The translations under genes were made by a program, and so were the position numbers. The notes under the pieces are model-generated. The model was given only the letters and a program-made list of their open reading frames with translations, was not told the DNA's origin and did not search any database. Source: an uncultured Ruminococcus sp. (GTDB lineage: Bacteria; Bacillota; Clostridia; Oscillospirales; Acutalibacteraceae). From it: a stretch of 64,000 nt of DNA. The stretch spans positions 5,615 to 69,614 of the forward strand of contig CAZVRE010000006.1 in NCBI GenBank assembly GCA_964629465.1, written 5' to 3'. Of the stretch, positions 47,538 through 56,575 are shown in pieces. Every line of letters starts with the position of its first letter. Position 1 is the stretch's first letter.

Positions 47538-49359
47538 TCACAAGCCAAAAGGACCTATGGGACCAGGAGGTAATAATTCTCTTGACAGAGCAAAAGACTT
47601 CAATGGCTCCATGAAAAATCTTATAAAGTACATTGGTAAATATAAATTTGCTATACTAATAGTGATGATTTGTGCCATTTCTTCCACTATATTCCTTGTA
47701 ATAGGCCCAAAAATCTTAGGTAATGCTACTACTGAACTTGCCAAAGGTCTTATGGCAAAAATTCAAGGTACAGGCAGTATCAATATGGATGCTATTGCAA
47801 ACATATTGTTGACGGTGCTATTACTATATGGCATAAGTGTAATCTTCCAATTTGTTCAAGGTTGGATAATGTCAGGTGTAACTCAAAAAATCTGCTACCG
47901 TATGCGTAAAGAGATTTCAGAGAAAATCAACCGTATGCCTCTCAAATACTTTGAGAGCAGAACTTACGGCGAAGTTCTATCAAGAATAACCAACGACGTT
48001 GATACACTTGGTATGGGATTAAATCAAAGCATCACACAGATTATCACATCTTTGTGCACTATTATCGGCGTACTTGTTATGATGCTCTCTATATCACCTC
48101 TAATGACATTGATTGCCTTAGTTATTTTGCCTGTGTCATTATTGCTTATGATGATTGTTGTTAAGCACTCTCAAAAGCACTTCCGTACTCAGCAGGAATA
48201 TTTGGGTCATATTAACGGCGCAGTTGAGGAAACTTTTAGCGGACACTTGATTATTAAGTCTTACAACAAAGAAGAAGAAACTATCGATAGTTTTAACAAA
48301 ACTAATGAGGTCCTTTATCAGTCTGCTTGGAAATCACAGTTCCTGTCAGGTATGATGCATCCTCTTATGGTGTTTGTTGGCAACTTAGGCTATGCCGCAG
48401 TTGCGTTGTCAGGTGGTATTCTTGCCATAAAAGGTGCTATCAACATTGGCGATATTCAGGCGTTCGTTCAGTATGTTAAGAACTTTACTCAACCTATTCA
48501 GCAGATTTCACAGATTGTAAATCAGTTGCAGTCTATGGGCGCTGCAAGCGAGAGAGTGTTTGAATTCCTTGATGAAGAAGAGGAAGATCAGATTGTTGAA
48601 AACCCTGTAAGCGTTGAAAACGTAAAGGGTTATGTTGAATTTCAAAATGTTGAATTTGGCTACAGTGAAGATAAAATCGTTATTCACGACTTCAGCGCAA
48701 GTATTGAATCAGGTCAAAAAATCGCTATCGTTGGTCCAACAGGCGCAGGTAAAACTACTATGGTAAAACTGCTGATGAGATTTTACGATGTAAACAAAGG
48801 CGCTATCCTAATTGACGGCAACAACGTAAAAGACTACAATCGTCGAGAATTACGTGATGCCTTTGGTATGGTATTGCAGGACACTTGGCTATTCAAAGGC
48901 ACTATAATGGAAAACATCCGTTACGGTAGACTTGAAGCTACCGACGAGGAAGTTATTGCCGCTGCCAAGGCTGCCCACGCTGACAGATTTATTCGTACTC
49001 TGCCAGGTGGCTACCAGATGGAACTCAACGAAGATGCAAGTAATGTAAGCCAAGGTCAAAAGCAACTTTTGACTATTGCTCGTACAATTCTTGCTGACAA
49101 CCCTATTCTTATACTTGACGAGGCTACTTCATCTGTTGATACTCGTACAGAAGTTCGCATCCAAAAGGCTATGAACAACCTAATGAAAGGCCGTACAAGT
49201 TTTATTATCGCTCACCGACTCTCCACCATCCGAGACGCCGACTTGATTTTGGTAATGAAAGACGGCGATATTGTTGAGCAAGGCTCTCACGATGAACTCC
49301 TAAAAAAGCAAGGTTTCTATTACGAACTATACAACAGCCAATTTGAACAGGCTTCATAG
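47530..49359 (+). CDS. ABC exporter half-transporter (TMD-NBD), consensus-site subunit
   Basis: Walker A GPTGAGKTT, Walker B ILILDEATSSVD, non-canonical signature VSQGQKQLL. I place the start at ATG 47530 after GAGGAGG, overlapping the upstream stop by 8 nt. Confidence 0.9.
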   Translation: MSNHKPKGPMGPGGNNSLDRAKDFNGSMKNLIKYIGKYKFAILIVMICAISSTIFLVIGPKILGNATTELAKGLMAKIQGTGSINMDAIANILLTVLLLYGISVIFQFVQGWIMSGVTQKICYRMRKEISEKINRMPLKYFESRTYGEVLSRITNDVDTLGMGLNQSITQIITSLCTIIGVLVMMLSISPLMTLIALVILPVSLLLMMIVVKHSQKHFRTQQEYLGHINGAVEETFSGHLIIKSYNKEEETIDSFNKTNEVLYQSAWKSQFLSGMMHPLMVFVGNLGYAAVALSGGILAIKGAINIGDIQAFVQYVKNFTQPIQQISQIVNQLQSMGAASERVFEFLDEEEEDQIVENPVSVENVKGYVEFQNVEFGYSEDKIVIHDFSASIESGQKIAIVGPTGAGKTTMVKLLMRFYDVNKGAILIDGNNVKDYNRRELRDAFGMVLQDTWLFKGTIMENIRYGRLEATDEEVIAAAKAAHADRFIRTLPGGYQMELNEDASNVSQGQKQLLTIARTILADNPILILDEATSSVDTRTEVRIQKAMNNLMKGRTSFIIAHRLSTIRDADLILVMKDGDIVEQGSHDELLKKQGFYYELYNSQFEQAS

Positions 49360-49361
49360 CA

Positions 49362-49392
49362 AAAGGGCACCCGTACGGTGCCCTTTGATTTT
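49362..49392 (+). terminator. Intrinsic terminator after the ABC operon
   Basis: GC-rich stem AAGGGCACC/GGTGCCCTT followed by a T-rich tract. Confidence 0.65.
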
Positions 49393-49582
49393 GTTTTATA
49401 TACAGAAATTTTATAAAATTTTACTTATTTCACAAAATTTCCTGGTAATTTATAGTTGTTTTTACACCCCAAAAAAATACAAATTCTATTTACTTTTGCA
49501 CAAAAGGGTTGTATAATGTCATTATGTATTTTTACGGATAAATATTATAATAATATTGATATGTAATATTAGGAGGGCTGTT

Positions 49583-50794
49583 ATGCAGACTATTCCTTTT
49601 TCTCCACCTGATTTAGGTCCGGATGAAATAAAAGCAGTTACTGAAGTACTTCAGTCCGGTTGGATAACAACCGGCCCTAAAACTAAATTATTTGAAAAAC
49701 GCATCGGTGAGTATTGTCATACAGGTCAGGCAGTATGTTTGTCTTCACAAACTTCCTGTGCTGAAATGACGCTTCGCATTTTGGGTGTTGGCCCAGGTGA
49801 CGAAGTTATTGTACCTGCCTACACATACACAGCCACTTGTTCTATTGTATATCACGTTGGCGCAAAGCCAGTTATGATTGACTGTAAGCCCGGCACTTAC
49901 GAGATGGACTACGATAAAATGGAAGCAGCCATCAACGAGCGCACAAAGGTTATTATTCCTGTTGACCTTGCAGGTATTGTTTGCGACTACGACAGAATTT
50001 ACGAAGCAGTGCGTAACAGACGTAACTTATTTAGGCCTAAGGGCAAGTTGCAGGAATTAATCGGCAGAGTTATTGTTATGTCTGATGCTGCTCACTCTTT
50101 TGGCGCAAGATGGCACGGTCAGATGTGTGGCGAAATTGCCGATTTTACCAACTTCAGTTTTCACGCAGTTAAAAATATGACTACTGCCGAGGGTGGTGCC
50201 GCTGTGCACAGACTTCGTGGGAGAATTGACGAAGAAAAAATCTACAAGCAATATATGTTATGGTCACTTCACGGTCAGACCAAAGACGCCCTTGCCAAAA
50301 ACCAGGGTGCATCTTGGGAATATGACGTTGTGAATACACAGTACAAGTGTAATATGCCAGACATTCTTGCTGCAATAGGCTTAGCCCAACTTGACAGATA
50401 CGAGAGCATTCTTGACCGTCGTCATGAACTAATTAAAGTTTATAACGAAGAATTCAAGAACCTTGACATTCAGGTTCTTAACCACGCCGACGAAAATCAT
50501 CGCAGTAGTGGTCACTTGTATTTTGTAAGATTTTTGGGTAAAGATTCTGAATTCCGTAATGAGTTCTACAACCGTATGGCAGAAAATGGCGTTATGTGTA
50601 ACGTTCACTTCAAACCTTTGCCTATGCTTTCTGCATATAAAAACAAAGGTTTTGACATTGTAGATTACCCATATGCTTATAATATGCACAAAAACCAATT
50701 AACCCTGCCTTTAAATTCAACCCTCACTGATAACCAAGCGCAATATGTCATAGATACTTTCAAAAAAGTATATGATAGTATGATTAACAGATAA
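49583..50794 (+). CDS. DegT/DnrJ/EryC1/StrS family PLP-dependent sugar aminotransferase
   Basis: The N-terminal IPFSPPDLGPDEIKAVTEVLQSGWITTGPK and the FSFHAVKNMTTAEGG lysine motif. I place the start at ATG 49583 after AGGAGGG. Confidence 0.9.
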   Translation: MQTIPFSPPDLGPDEIKAVTEVLQSGWITTGPKTKLFEKRIGEYCHTGQAVCLSSQTSCAEMTLRILGVGPGDEVIVPAYTYTATCSIVYHVGAKPVMIDCKPGTYEMDYDKMEAAINERTKVIIPVDLAGIVCDYDRIYEAVRNRRNLFRPKGKLQELIGRVIVMSDAAHSFGARWHGQMCGEIADFTNFSFHAVKNMTTAEGGAAVHRLRGRIDEEKIYKQYMLWSLHGQTKDALAKNQGASWEYDVVNTQYKCNMPDILAAIGLAQLDRYESILDRRHELIKVYNEEFKNLDIQVLNHADENHRSSGHLYFVRFLGKDSEFRNEFYNRMAENGVMCNVHFKPLPMLSAYKNKGFDIVDYPYAYNMHKNQLTLPLNSTLTDNQAQYVIDTFKKVYDSMINR

Positions 50795-50805
50795 GGACGA
50801 TTTTT

Positions 50806-51258
50806 GTGAAAAAAACACTTGAAAGCCGAGTTAATTTAATATTGATAGTAGTTTTAATTATCCTTGTGGTAGGTATGATTGCTTTATCCATTTACAGAGA
50901 TGTAACTGCTGACAAAAATGTGGTTGAACCCACAACACAAAGCACAACTGTTGCAACTGAAACAACTCAAGCCACTACTGTAACAGAGGAAGAAACCACC
51001 GAGGAAACTACAGAAGAAACTACAGAGGAAGAAGAACAAGACAATCAGCAAGCCGCCGTAGTATATACGCCACAGGCTCCTGCCACAACTGCTGCAACTA
51101 CCGTTGCACCAACTACAGGAAATGCAACAAAAGCTACTAAGGCAACCAAATCTACAAAGGCCACAAAGGCTACCAAAGCCACTTCCTCAACAACTGCTAC
51201 TGAAGCAACTTCCGACACTACTCCAACCGAAAGTAGCACACAAGAAGACAGCGAATAA
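50806..51258 (+). CDS. Membrane-anchored low-complexity protein (T/E-rich and K-A-T repeat)
   Basis: GTG start 11 nt after the DegT stop, and one TM helix (LILIVVLIILVVGMIALSI). Repeats EETTEETTEETTEEEE and ATKATKATKSTKATKATKAT. Coding status is supported by repeat conservation at the amino-acid level but not the nucleotide level. Confidence 0.55.
   Translation: MKKTLESRVNLILIVVLIILVVGMIALSIYRDVTADKNVVEPTTQSTTVATETTQATTVTEEETTEETTEETTEEEEQDNQQAAVVYTPQAPATTAATTVAPTTGNATKATKATKSTKATKATKATSSTTATEATSDTTPTESSTQEDSE
50986..51039 (+). repeat. In-frame imperfect 12-nt periodic repeat encoding (EETT)n
   Basis: The sequence gaggaagaaaccacc gaggaaactaca gaagaaactaca gaggaagaagaa was read directly. Confidence 0.7.
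51127..51183 (+). repeat. In-frame 9-nt periodic repeat encoding (K-A/S-T)n with synonymous-codon variation
   Basis: The sequence aaa gct act aag gca acc aaa tct aca aag gcc aca aag gct acc aaa gcc act was read directly. Confidence 0.7.
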
Positions 51259-51271
51259 TTATATACGAATT

Positions 51272-51299
51272 AAGCCCTCTCAAAAGAGAGGGCTTTTGT
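51272..51299. terminator. Bidirectional intrinsic terminator
   Basis: Stem AAGCCCTCTC/GAGAGGGCTT with an AAAA loop, followed by a T-run. Confidence 0.7.
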
Positions 51300-51300
51300 T

Positions 51301-52251
51301 TTATTTATTTACTACGTTTATTGGAGTGCCGTTAAGAAAGTTTCTGATATTATTGCACACAATACCCATCAGACGCTCTCGTGTTTCCATTGGAGCCCAA
51401 GCAATATGAGGAGTAATAAGCAAATTATCGACTCCACATAGTTTGCAGTCCTGAGCCATTGGCTCTGTTTCTAAAACATCAATACAAGCATAAGCAAGTT
51501 TGCCTGACTTTAATGCTTCAACAAGAGCATCTTCTTCCATCACACCACCACGAGCAGTATTGATGAATATAGATTTATCCTTCATTTTACCAAAAGTTTC
51601 TTTGTTAAACATTTTTTCTGACTCACTATTAAGAGGGCAATGTACTGTTACAATGTCACTTTCCATTAACAAAGTATCCAAATCTACCATCTTTGCCACT
51701 TGGTCCTCTGCTGGAGTACGTTTGTAAGCAAGCACTTCCATATTAAAAGCTTTGGCAACTTTTGCTACTGCTTTGCCTATGCTACCATAACCCACAATGC
51801 CAATAGTCTTGTGGGCTAACTCCGAAATTGGAAATACAAAAGGCGAAAAAGTAGTGCTGTTCTTCCAATTACCTTGCTGAACAAAATTGTTGTAATCTCC
51901 TACTCTGCTCATACATTCCAACAACAGCGCAAAAGTGTGCTGACATACTGCATCTGTACTGTAGGAGCCAGCGTTACATACTGTAATTCCTTTTTCCTCG
52001 CAATAGTCTACATCTATGTTGTTATATCCTGTGGCAAACAGTCCAATATATTTCAAGTGAGTTGCCTTGCGTAAAGTTTCCCTATTAAGTGGAGTTTTGT
52101 TGCAGATAATTGCATCTGCATCCTTAACAACTTCAGCAATATCTTCATATTTTGTAAGAAGATTCACCTCAACTTCGCCAAATTCTTTAAGTGGTTCAAG
52201 GGACAAATCCCCTTGGGTTACTGTTTGTGCATCTGTCAATACGATTTTCAA
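51301..52251 (-). CDS. D-isomer-specific 2-hydroxyacid dehydrogenase (glycerate/hydroxypyruvate reductase-like)
   Basis: NAD motif GIVGYGSIGKAVA, and catalytic-region motifs NTARGG, DVLETEP and TPHIAWA. The likely TTG start at 52251 follows GGAGGTG. The track begins at 52266. Confidence 0.85.
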   Translation of the reverse strand: MKIVLTDAQTVTQGDLSLEPLKEFGEVEVNLLTKYEDIAEVVKDADAIICNKTPLNRETLRKATHLKYIGLFATGYNNIDVDYCEEKGITVCNAGSYSTDAVCQHTFALLLECMSRVGDYNNFVQQGNWKNSTTFSPFVFPISELAHKTIGIVGYGSIGKAVAKVAKAFNMEVLAYKRTPAEDQVAKMVDLDTLLMESDIVTVHCPLNSESEKMFNKETFGKMKDKSIFINTARGGVMEEDALVEALKSGKLAYACIDVLETEPMAQDCKLCGVDNLLITPHIAWAPMETRERLMGIVCNNIRNFLNGTPINVVNK

Positions 52252-52333
52252 AAAATCACCTCCCATTCATTTTACACTAAATCTTGCAAACCGTAAAGTA
52301 ATAGTTTATAATAAACCTAAAGGTGATAAAATT

Positions 52334-53056
52334 ATGATTAAAAATTTATTATTCGACTTAGACGGCACTTTGTTGCCAATGGATCAGGAAGAATTTGTAA
52401 AAGCATATTTTGGCGCTTTATGCGAAAAATTCTGTCCTGTTCTTAACCTTACACAAGAAGAAATGATTAAAGGTATTTGGAAAAGTACAGGTGCTATGAT
52501 AAAGAACGATGGTTCAACTTCTAACGGCGAAAAGTTTTGGCAAACTTTTGCTCGAATTTGTGGCAAAAAAGTTTTGGATTACATCAAAGATTTTGATGAA
52601 TTTTACGACAATGAATTTCTCGCAGTAAAAGGTGTTTGTGGCTACAACCCATCTGCTCCTGAAACTATCAAGGTTCTACAACGCAAAGGCTACAACCTTG
52701 TGGCTGCTACCAACCCAATTTTCCCTGCTGTTGCAACACAACAAAGATTAAAGTGGGCCGGTTTGAGTCCTGCAGACTTTACTCTTGTAACTACATACGA
52801 AAATTCAGGCTATTGCAAACCTAATACGGCATATTATCAGGATATTATGGAAAAACTTAATCTTGACCCTGAAGAAACTATGATGGTAGGTAACGATGTA
52901 AATGAGGATGTACTCCCTACTCAAGCATTGGGTATTGATTCATATATTATTACTGACTGCCTTATTAACAGTGACGATGTAGATATTACAAATTTCAAGC
53001 ACAGCAACTTCAGAGATTTTTTGACTTACGCAAGAATGTTACCTGACGTAAGATAA
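52334..53056 (+). CDS. HAD superfamily hydrolase
   Basis: Motif I LLFDLDGTLL and motif IV GNDVNEDV. I place the start at ATG 52334 after AAAGGTGA. The long track ORF from 52067 is an antisense read-through artefact. Confidence 0.85.
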   Translation: MIKNLLFDLDGTLLPMDQEEFVKAYFGALCEKFCPVLNLTQEEMIKGIWKSTGAMIKNDGSTSNGEKFWQTFARICGKKVLDYIKDFDEFYDNEFLAVKGVCGYNPSAPETIKVLQRKGYNLVAATNPIFPAVATQQRLKWAGLSPADFTLVTTYENSGYCKPNTAYYQDIMEKLNLDPEETMMVGNDVNEDVLPTQALGIDSYIITDCLINSDDVDITNFKHSNFRDFLTYARMLPDVR

Positions 53057-53067
53057 CGGAGATTTAT

Positions 53068-53514
53068 ATGATCAAGTTAATTAAACGCTACTTGCCATAT
53101 GCAATAATTGATGCTCTGATTTATCTTGTTATGCCTATTTTCTTTCAGGGAGATAACTATAAATTTGACTTTATTGAGTATCAGTTAGTTTTTCCTGCTA
53201 CGGCTTTGCTTTCAGGACTTGTGTATTCTTGGAAAAACGGTCTTGATTTTACCCTTCCCCTTATACCTCCTATTATCTTTATAGGTAGCGTACTTATATA
53301 CAGCCATTACTATCATTGGCATATTTATGTATTTATTTACTTAATTGTTGCTATGCTGGGTTGTTTTATAGGGGATATGGTATATAGAGATAAACAAGCA
53401 AAAGAAAAAGAAAAACAAGAAGAAGAAAAATCAGCGCCATATAAAATCAAACTTCAAAACATATCAGTTATTTCTGATGAAATTGAAGAAAAAGAGCAAA
53501 ACAAAAAGGGCTGA
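53068..53514 (+). CDS. Small integral membrane protein (4 TM) with a K/E-rich tail
   Basis: Based on hydrophobicity pattern only. No family was recognised. Confidence 0.55.
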   Translation: MIKLIKRYLPYAIIDALIYLVMPIFFQGDNYKFDFIEYQLVFPATALLSGLVYSWKNGLDFTLPLIPPIIFIGSVLIYSHYYHWHIYVFIYLIVAMLGCFIGDMVYRDKQAKEKEKQEEEKSAPYKIKLQNISVISDEIEEKEQNKKG

Positions 53515-53541
53515 TTTACAGCCCTTTCTTTATAATCAATA

Positions 53542-54171
53542 TTATAATGTACCAAAAATTCTGTCACCTGCATCACCAAGACCAGGGCAAATATAAGCAT
53601 TTTCGTTAAGGCAACGGTCAAGCATACCAACGTAAAGTGTTACATCAGGATGCGCCTGTGTGAACTTTTCCACACCTTCAGGTGCAGCAATAATACACAT
53701 ACATTTGATGTTCTTGCCACCTCTTGCTTTGATAGCATCTACCGCATCAACAAGTGAGCCACCTGTTGCAAGCATAGGGTCCACAACCACTACCAAACGC
53801 TCGTCAATATTTTTAGGAAGTTTACAGTAGTATTCTTCAGGCTGGTGAGTTTCCTCATTACGGCACATACCAATATGGCCAACTTTTGCATCAGGTACTA
53901 ATGTGAGCATACCCTCTACCATTCCAAGACCTGCTCGCAGTATTGGTACAATAGCAAGTTTTTTGCCTGCAACCACAGGTTGGGTTGTTTCCTCAAGAGG
54001 AGTTGTAACCTTAACATCTTTAAGTGGTAAATCAGCAAGAGCCTCGTAACCCATAAGCACAGTAATTTCCTCAATTAACTTACGGAATTGACCTGTTGTG
54101 GTGTTTACATCTCTGATTTTGGTAATTTTATGTTTGATTAACGGATGAGTCATATAATTAACTTTTGACAT
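53542..54171 (-). CDS. upp: Uracil phosphoribosyltransferase
   Basis: [14 protein letters not shown], the PRPP motif [13 protein letters not shown], and [17 protein letters not shown] place the start at ATG 54171 after GAGGTG. Confidence 0.95.
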   Translation of the reverse strand: MSKVNYMTHPLIKHKITKIRDVNTTTGQFRKLIEEITVLMGYEALADLPLKDVKVTTPLEETTQPVVAGKKLAIVPILRAGLGMVEGMLTLVPDAKVGHIGMCRNEETHQPEEYYCKLPKNIDERLVVVVDPMLATGGSLVDAVDAIKARGGKNIKCMCIIAAPEGVEKFTQAHPDVTLYVGMLDRCLNENAYICPGLGDAGDRIFGTL

Positions 54172-54274
54172 TTTATTCACCTCTACACCAAATCATACCT
54201 AAAATTAACCCCAAAGTCAACATTTTTGCATACTATATTTAGTTTATATAAAAATAAAATAAAGGAGATTGATT

Positions 54275-55711
54275 ATGAAAAACAATGAGGCAATTTATGA
54301 CGCGCGAACATTGGGCAAACCAAAAATGGCAATTTTAGGTTTACAGCATATGTTTGCAATGTTTGGTGCTACAACTCTTGTACCTATCCTAACAGGTCTT
54401 GACATCAGCACCACTCTACTTATGGCAGGCCTTGGTACATTATTGTTCCACTTATTTACCAAAGGCAAAGTTCCTGCATTCTTGGGCTCAAGTTTTGCAT
54501 TTTTGGGTGGATATGCAGCAATCACAGTTTTGGCAGGTACAGAAAACTACCAGAATATGACTGAAGCGCAACTTTTACCTTATGCTTGTCTTGGTGTAGC
54601 CTGTGCAGGTTTACTTTACTTTGTACTTGCAGGTATAATCAAGTTAGTAGGCGTAGAAAAAGTAATGAGATTTTTCCCTCCTGTTGTAACAGGTCCTATC
54701 ATTATTTCTATCGGTTTAACACTTGCACCTTCTGCTATCTCTAACTGCCAAACAAACTGGGTACTCGCACTTATAGCATTGGCAATAATTGTAATTTTCA
54801 ATATTTGGGGCAAAGGTATGGCTAAGATTATTCCTATTCTTTTAGGTATTCTCATTAGTTATGTAGTAGGTTTGATTCTATTCTTCATTGGACAAGCCAA
54901 CCCTGACTTAATTCAAAATGTTCCTTGGTTATTCTCAAGTGGTATGAACGACGCAGGTGTATATCAGCCAATTTTTGACTTTACATCTGTTCAGAATATC
55001 ATTGCTAATATATCACAGGGTAACTTCTTTGGTCCTGAAGGTATCATTGGTATTCCTATTACCTGGAGCAAAACAGTATTTGGTGGCGTTGACTTTTCTA
55101 ACATATCACTAATCATTACTGCAATTGTTGCTATTGTTCCTCTTGCTTTGGCTACTATGATGGAACACATTGGTGACATCTGCGCTATTGGTTCAACCAC
55201 AGGCAAGAACTATATCGCTGACCCAGGCTTACACAGAACATTAACAGGTGACGGTTTGGCTACAACATTGGCTTCTTTGTTTGGTGGTCCTGCTAACACA
55301 ACTTACGGCGAAAACACAGGCGTACTTGCTTTAACAAAAGTTTATGACCCTAAGGTTATCAGACTTGCAGCTTTCTATGCAATTGGCTTGTCATTCTTCC
55401 CAATTGTTTCAGGCGTTATCGGTTCATTACCAGCATGTATTATCGGCGGTATCAGTTTTGTACTTTACGGTATGATTTCTGCAGTAGGTATTAGAAACCT
55501 TGTTGATGCAAAGGTTGACTTTACAAAGGGCAGAAACTTGATTATTGCAGGCATTATCCTTGTAATTGCATTAGGCTTTAGTGCTGACACAGTTACATTC
55601 TCTATTGCTTCAATCACAATCACACTTTCACCTTTGGCAGTTGCATCTATTGTAGGTATTATCCTCAACGCAATTATCCCAGGTAAAGACTATAAATTCA
55701 AAGCCAACTAA
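54275..55711 (+). CDS. Uracil/xanthine permease (NCS2/NAT family)
   Basis: Polytopic, with motifs LGLQHMFAMFGATTLVP and GENTGVLALTKV. It is divergent from upp. I place the start at ATG 54275 after AAGGAG. Confidence 0.9.
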   Translation: MKNNEAIYDARTLGKPKMAILGLQHMFAMFGATTLVPILTGLDISTTLLMAGLGTLLFHLFTKGKVPAFLGSSFAFLGGYAAITVLAGTENYQNMTEAQLLPYACLGVACAGLLYFVLAGIIKLVGVEKVMRFFPPVVTGPIIISIGLTLAPSAISNCQTNWVLALIALAIIVIFNIWGKGMAKIIPILLGILISYVVGLILFFIGQANPDLIQNVPWLFSSGMNDAGVYQPIFDFTSVQNIIANISQGNFFGPEGIIGIPITWSKTVFGGVDFSNISLIITAIVAIVPLALATMMEHIGDICAIGSTTGKNYIADPGLHRTLTGDGLATTLASLFGGPANTTYGENTGVLALTKVYDPKVIRLAAFYAIGLSFFPIVSGVIGSLPACIIGGISFVLYGMISAVGIRNLVDAKVDFTKGRNLIIAGIILVIALGFSADTVTFSIASITITLSPLAVASIVGIILNAIIPGKDYKFKAN

Positions 55712-55718
55712 AAAAGAT

Positions 55719-55741
55719 AGTGTGCTTTGCACGCTTTTTTT
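55719..55741 (+). terminator. Intrinsic terminator after the permease
   Basis: 7-bp stem AGTGTGC/GCACGCT (one G-U pair) followed by T7. Confidence 0.5.
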
Positions 55742-55792
55742 CACTCATCGCTCTTTTCAGCAAAGCAGAAAACTGAACGGAGAATAAAATTA

Positions 55793-55829
55793 ACCCGTCA
55801 AAGTTTACAGCCTTGACGGGTTTTATTTT
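55793..55829 (+). terminator. Second terminator-like hairpin
   Basis: 9-bp stem ACCCGTCAA/TTGACGGGT with an 11-nt loop, followed by TTTTATTTT. Confidence 0.45.
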
Positions 55830-55835
55830 ACAAAA

Positions 55836-55866
55836 CAAAAAAGCCGAGGTCAAACCTCGGCTTTTA
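55836..55866. terminator. Bidirectional intrinsic terminator (ends the 55880-56254 gene)
   Basis: Stem AGCCGAGG/CCTCGGCT with a 5-nt loop, flanked by an A-run and a T-run. Confidence 0.7.
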
Positions 55867-55879
55867 CTTGCGTTAAATA

Positions 55880-56254
55880 TTAGCAGAAATAAACATCCAT
55901 TTCTTTTTCAACGCCATCAGCAACGAAATATGCTTTGCTCTCGTCTGGCTTTAAGTAAACTGTGATGTTCTTTGCAGCCTTGCCATTAGCAATCTTAACG
56001 TTCTTTACTACTTCGTCAATAGCAACCTGAACGCCACCGAACTCTACGAATACTTCTACCTTAGTAGCAGTCTTCTTTGTTGTTGTAGCCTTCTTAGCAG
56101 GAGCCTTCTTTGCAGGAGCCTTCTTTTCTGTTGCATTAGCAGCAGTCTTTGTTGTTGCCTTTTTAGTAGCAGGTTTCTTTGCAGGAGCCTTAGTTGCTTC
56201 TACCTTTTCTGTTGTAGTTTCTACTGCTTTTGTTTCTGTTTTCTTTGTTGCCAT
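55880..56254 (-). CDS. Small protein with a K/A/P/T-rich histone-H1-like N-terminal half and a compact C-terminal domain
   Basis: ATG 56254 follows a GGAGGT RBS. The N-terminal half contains TKAPAKKPATKKATTKTAANATEKKAPAKKAPAKKATTTKK. The C-terminal domain reads VEVFVEFGGVQVAIDEVVKN...MDVYFC. Confidence 0.7.
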   Translation of the reverse strand: MATKKTETKAVETTTEKVEATKAPAKKPATKKATTKTAANATEKKAPAKKAPAKKATTTKKTATKVEVFVEFGGVQVAIDEVVKNVKIANGKAAKNITVYLKPDESKAYFVADGVEKEMDVYFC

Positions 56255-56514
56255 GGGAATTACCTCCATTTACTTTAATATACATAAAAATAATAGCATT
56301 TTTTGCTTCGTTTGTATTATATTACCCCAAAATTTAAAAGTCAATGAAATAAAAAAACTTTGTCGCTTTATACAGTTTGCATAATTAAAATGCAATAATG
56401 TGTACAATTTGCACAATATATTTACCTTTATTTTACTCCTCAAAATCTTACTACATATTGATTTATTGGTAAATACTAATATTAAGCATTGCATTTTATT
56501 GGTTAATTTACTTG

Positions 56515-56543
56515 TTGTTATAATAGATTTACTATGGTATAAT
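56515..56543 (+). promoter_or_regulatory. Candidate promoter of the AEC transporter gene
   Basis: TTGTTA, 17-nt spacer, TATAAT, with TGG upstream (extended -10). Confidence 0.5.
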
Positions 56544-56575
56544 GATTATGTGTTGAATTTTTACGGAGTAATTAT

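Noticed and set aside
51127-51183. Short periodic repeats considered as a possible CRISPR or phase-variable SSR
   Set aside because: The period is 9 nt, in-frame, with no spacers. The units differ by synonymous changes, so this is neither a CRISPR array nor a slippage-prone perfect SSR.
51045-51409. Alternative-frame ORFs over the K-A-T repeat region (51045-51239 minus, 51104-51409 plus)
   Set aside because: They are by-products of the periodic repeat being open in several frames. The frame continuous with the TM anchor and RBS is preferred.
52067-52333. Long 5' extension of the HAD hydrolase ORF (329-aa version)
   Set aside because: The extension is antisense to the 2-hydroxyacid dehydrogenase gene. 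The HAD motif I (DLDGTLL) sits right after ATG 52334, which has a good RBS.
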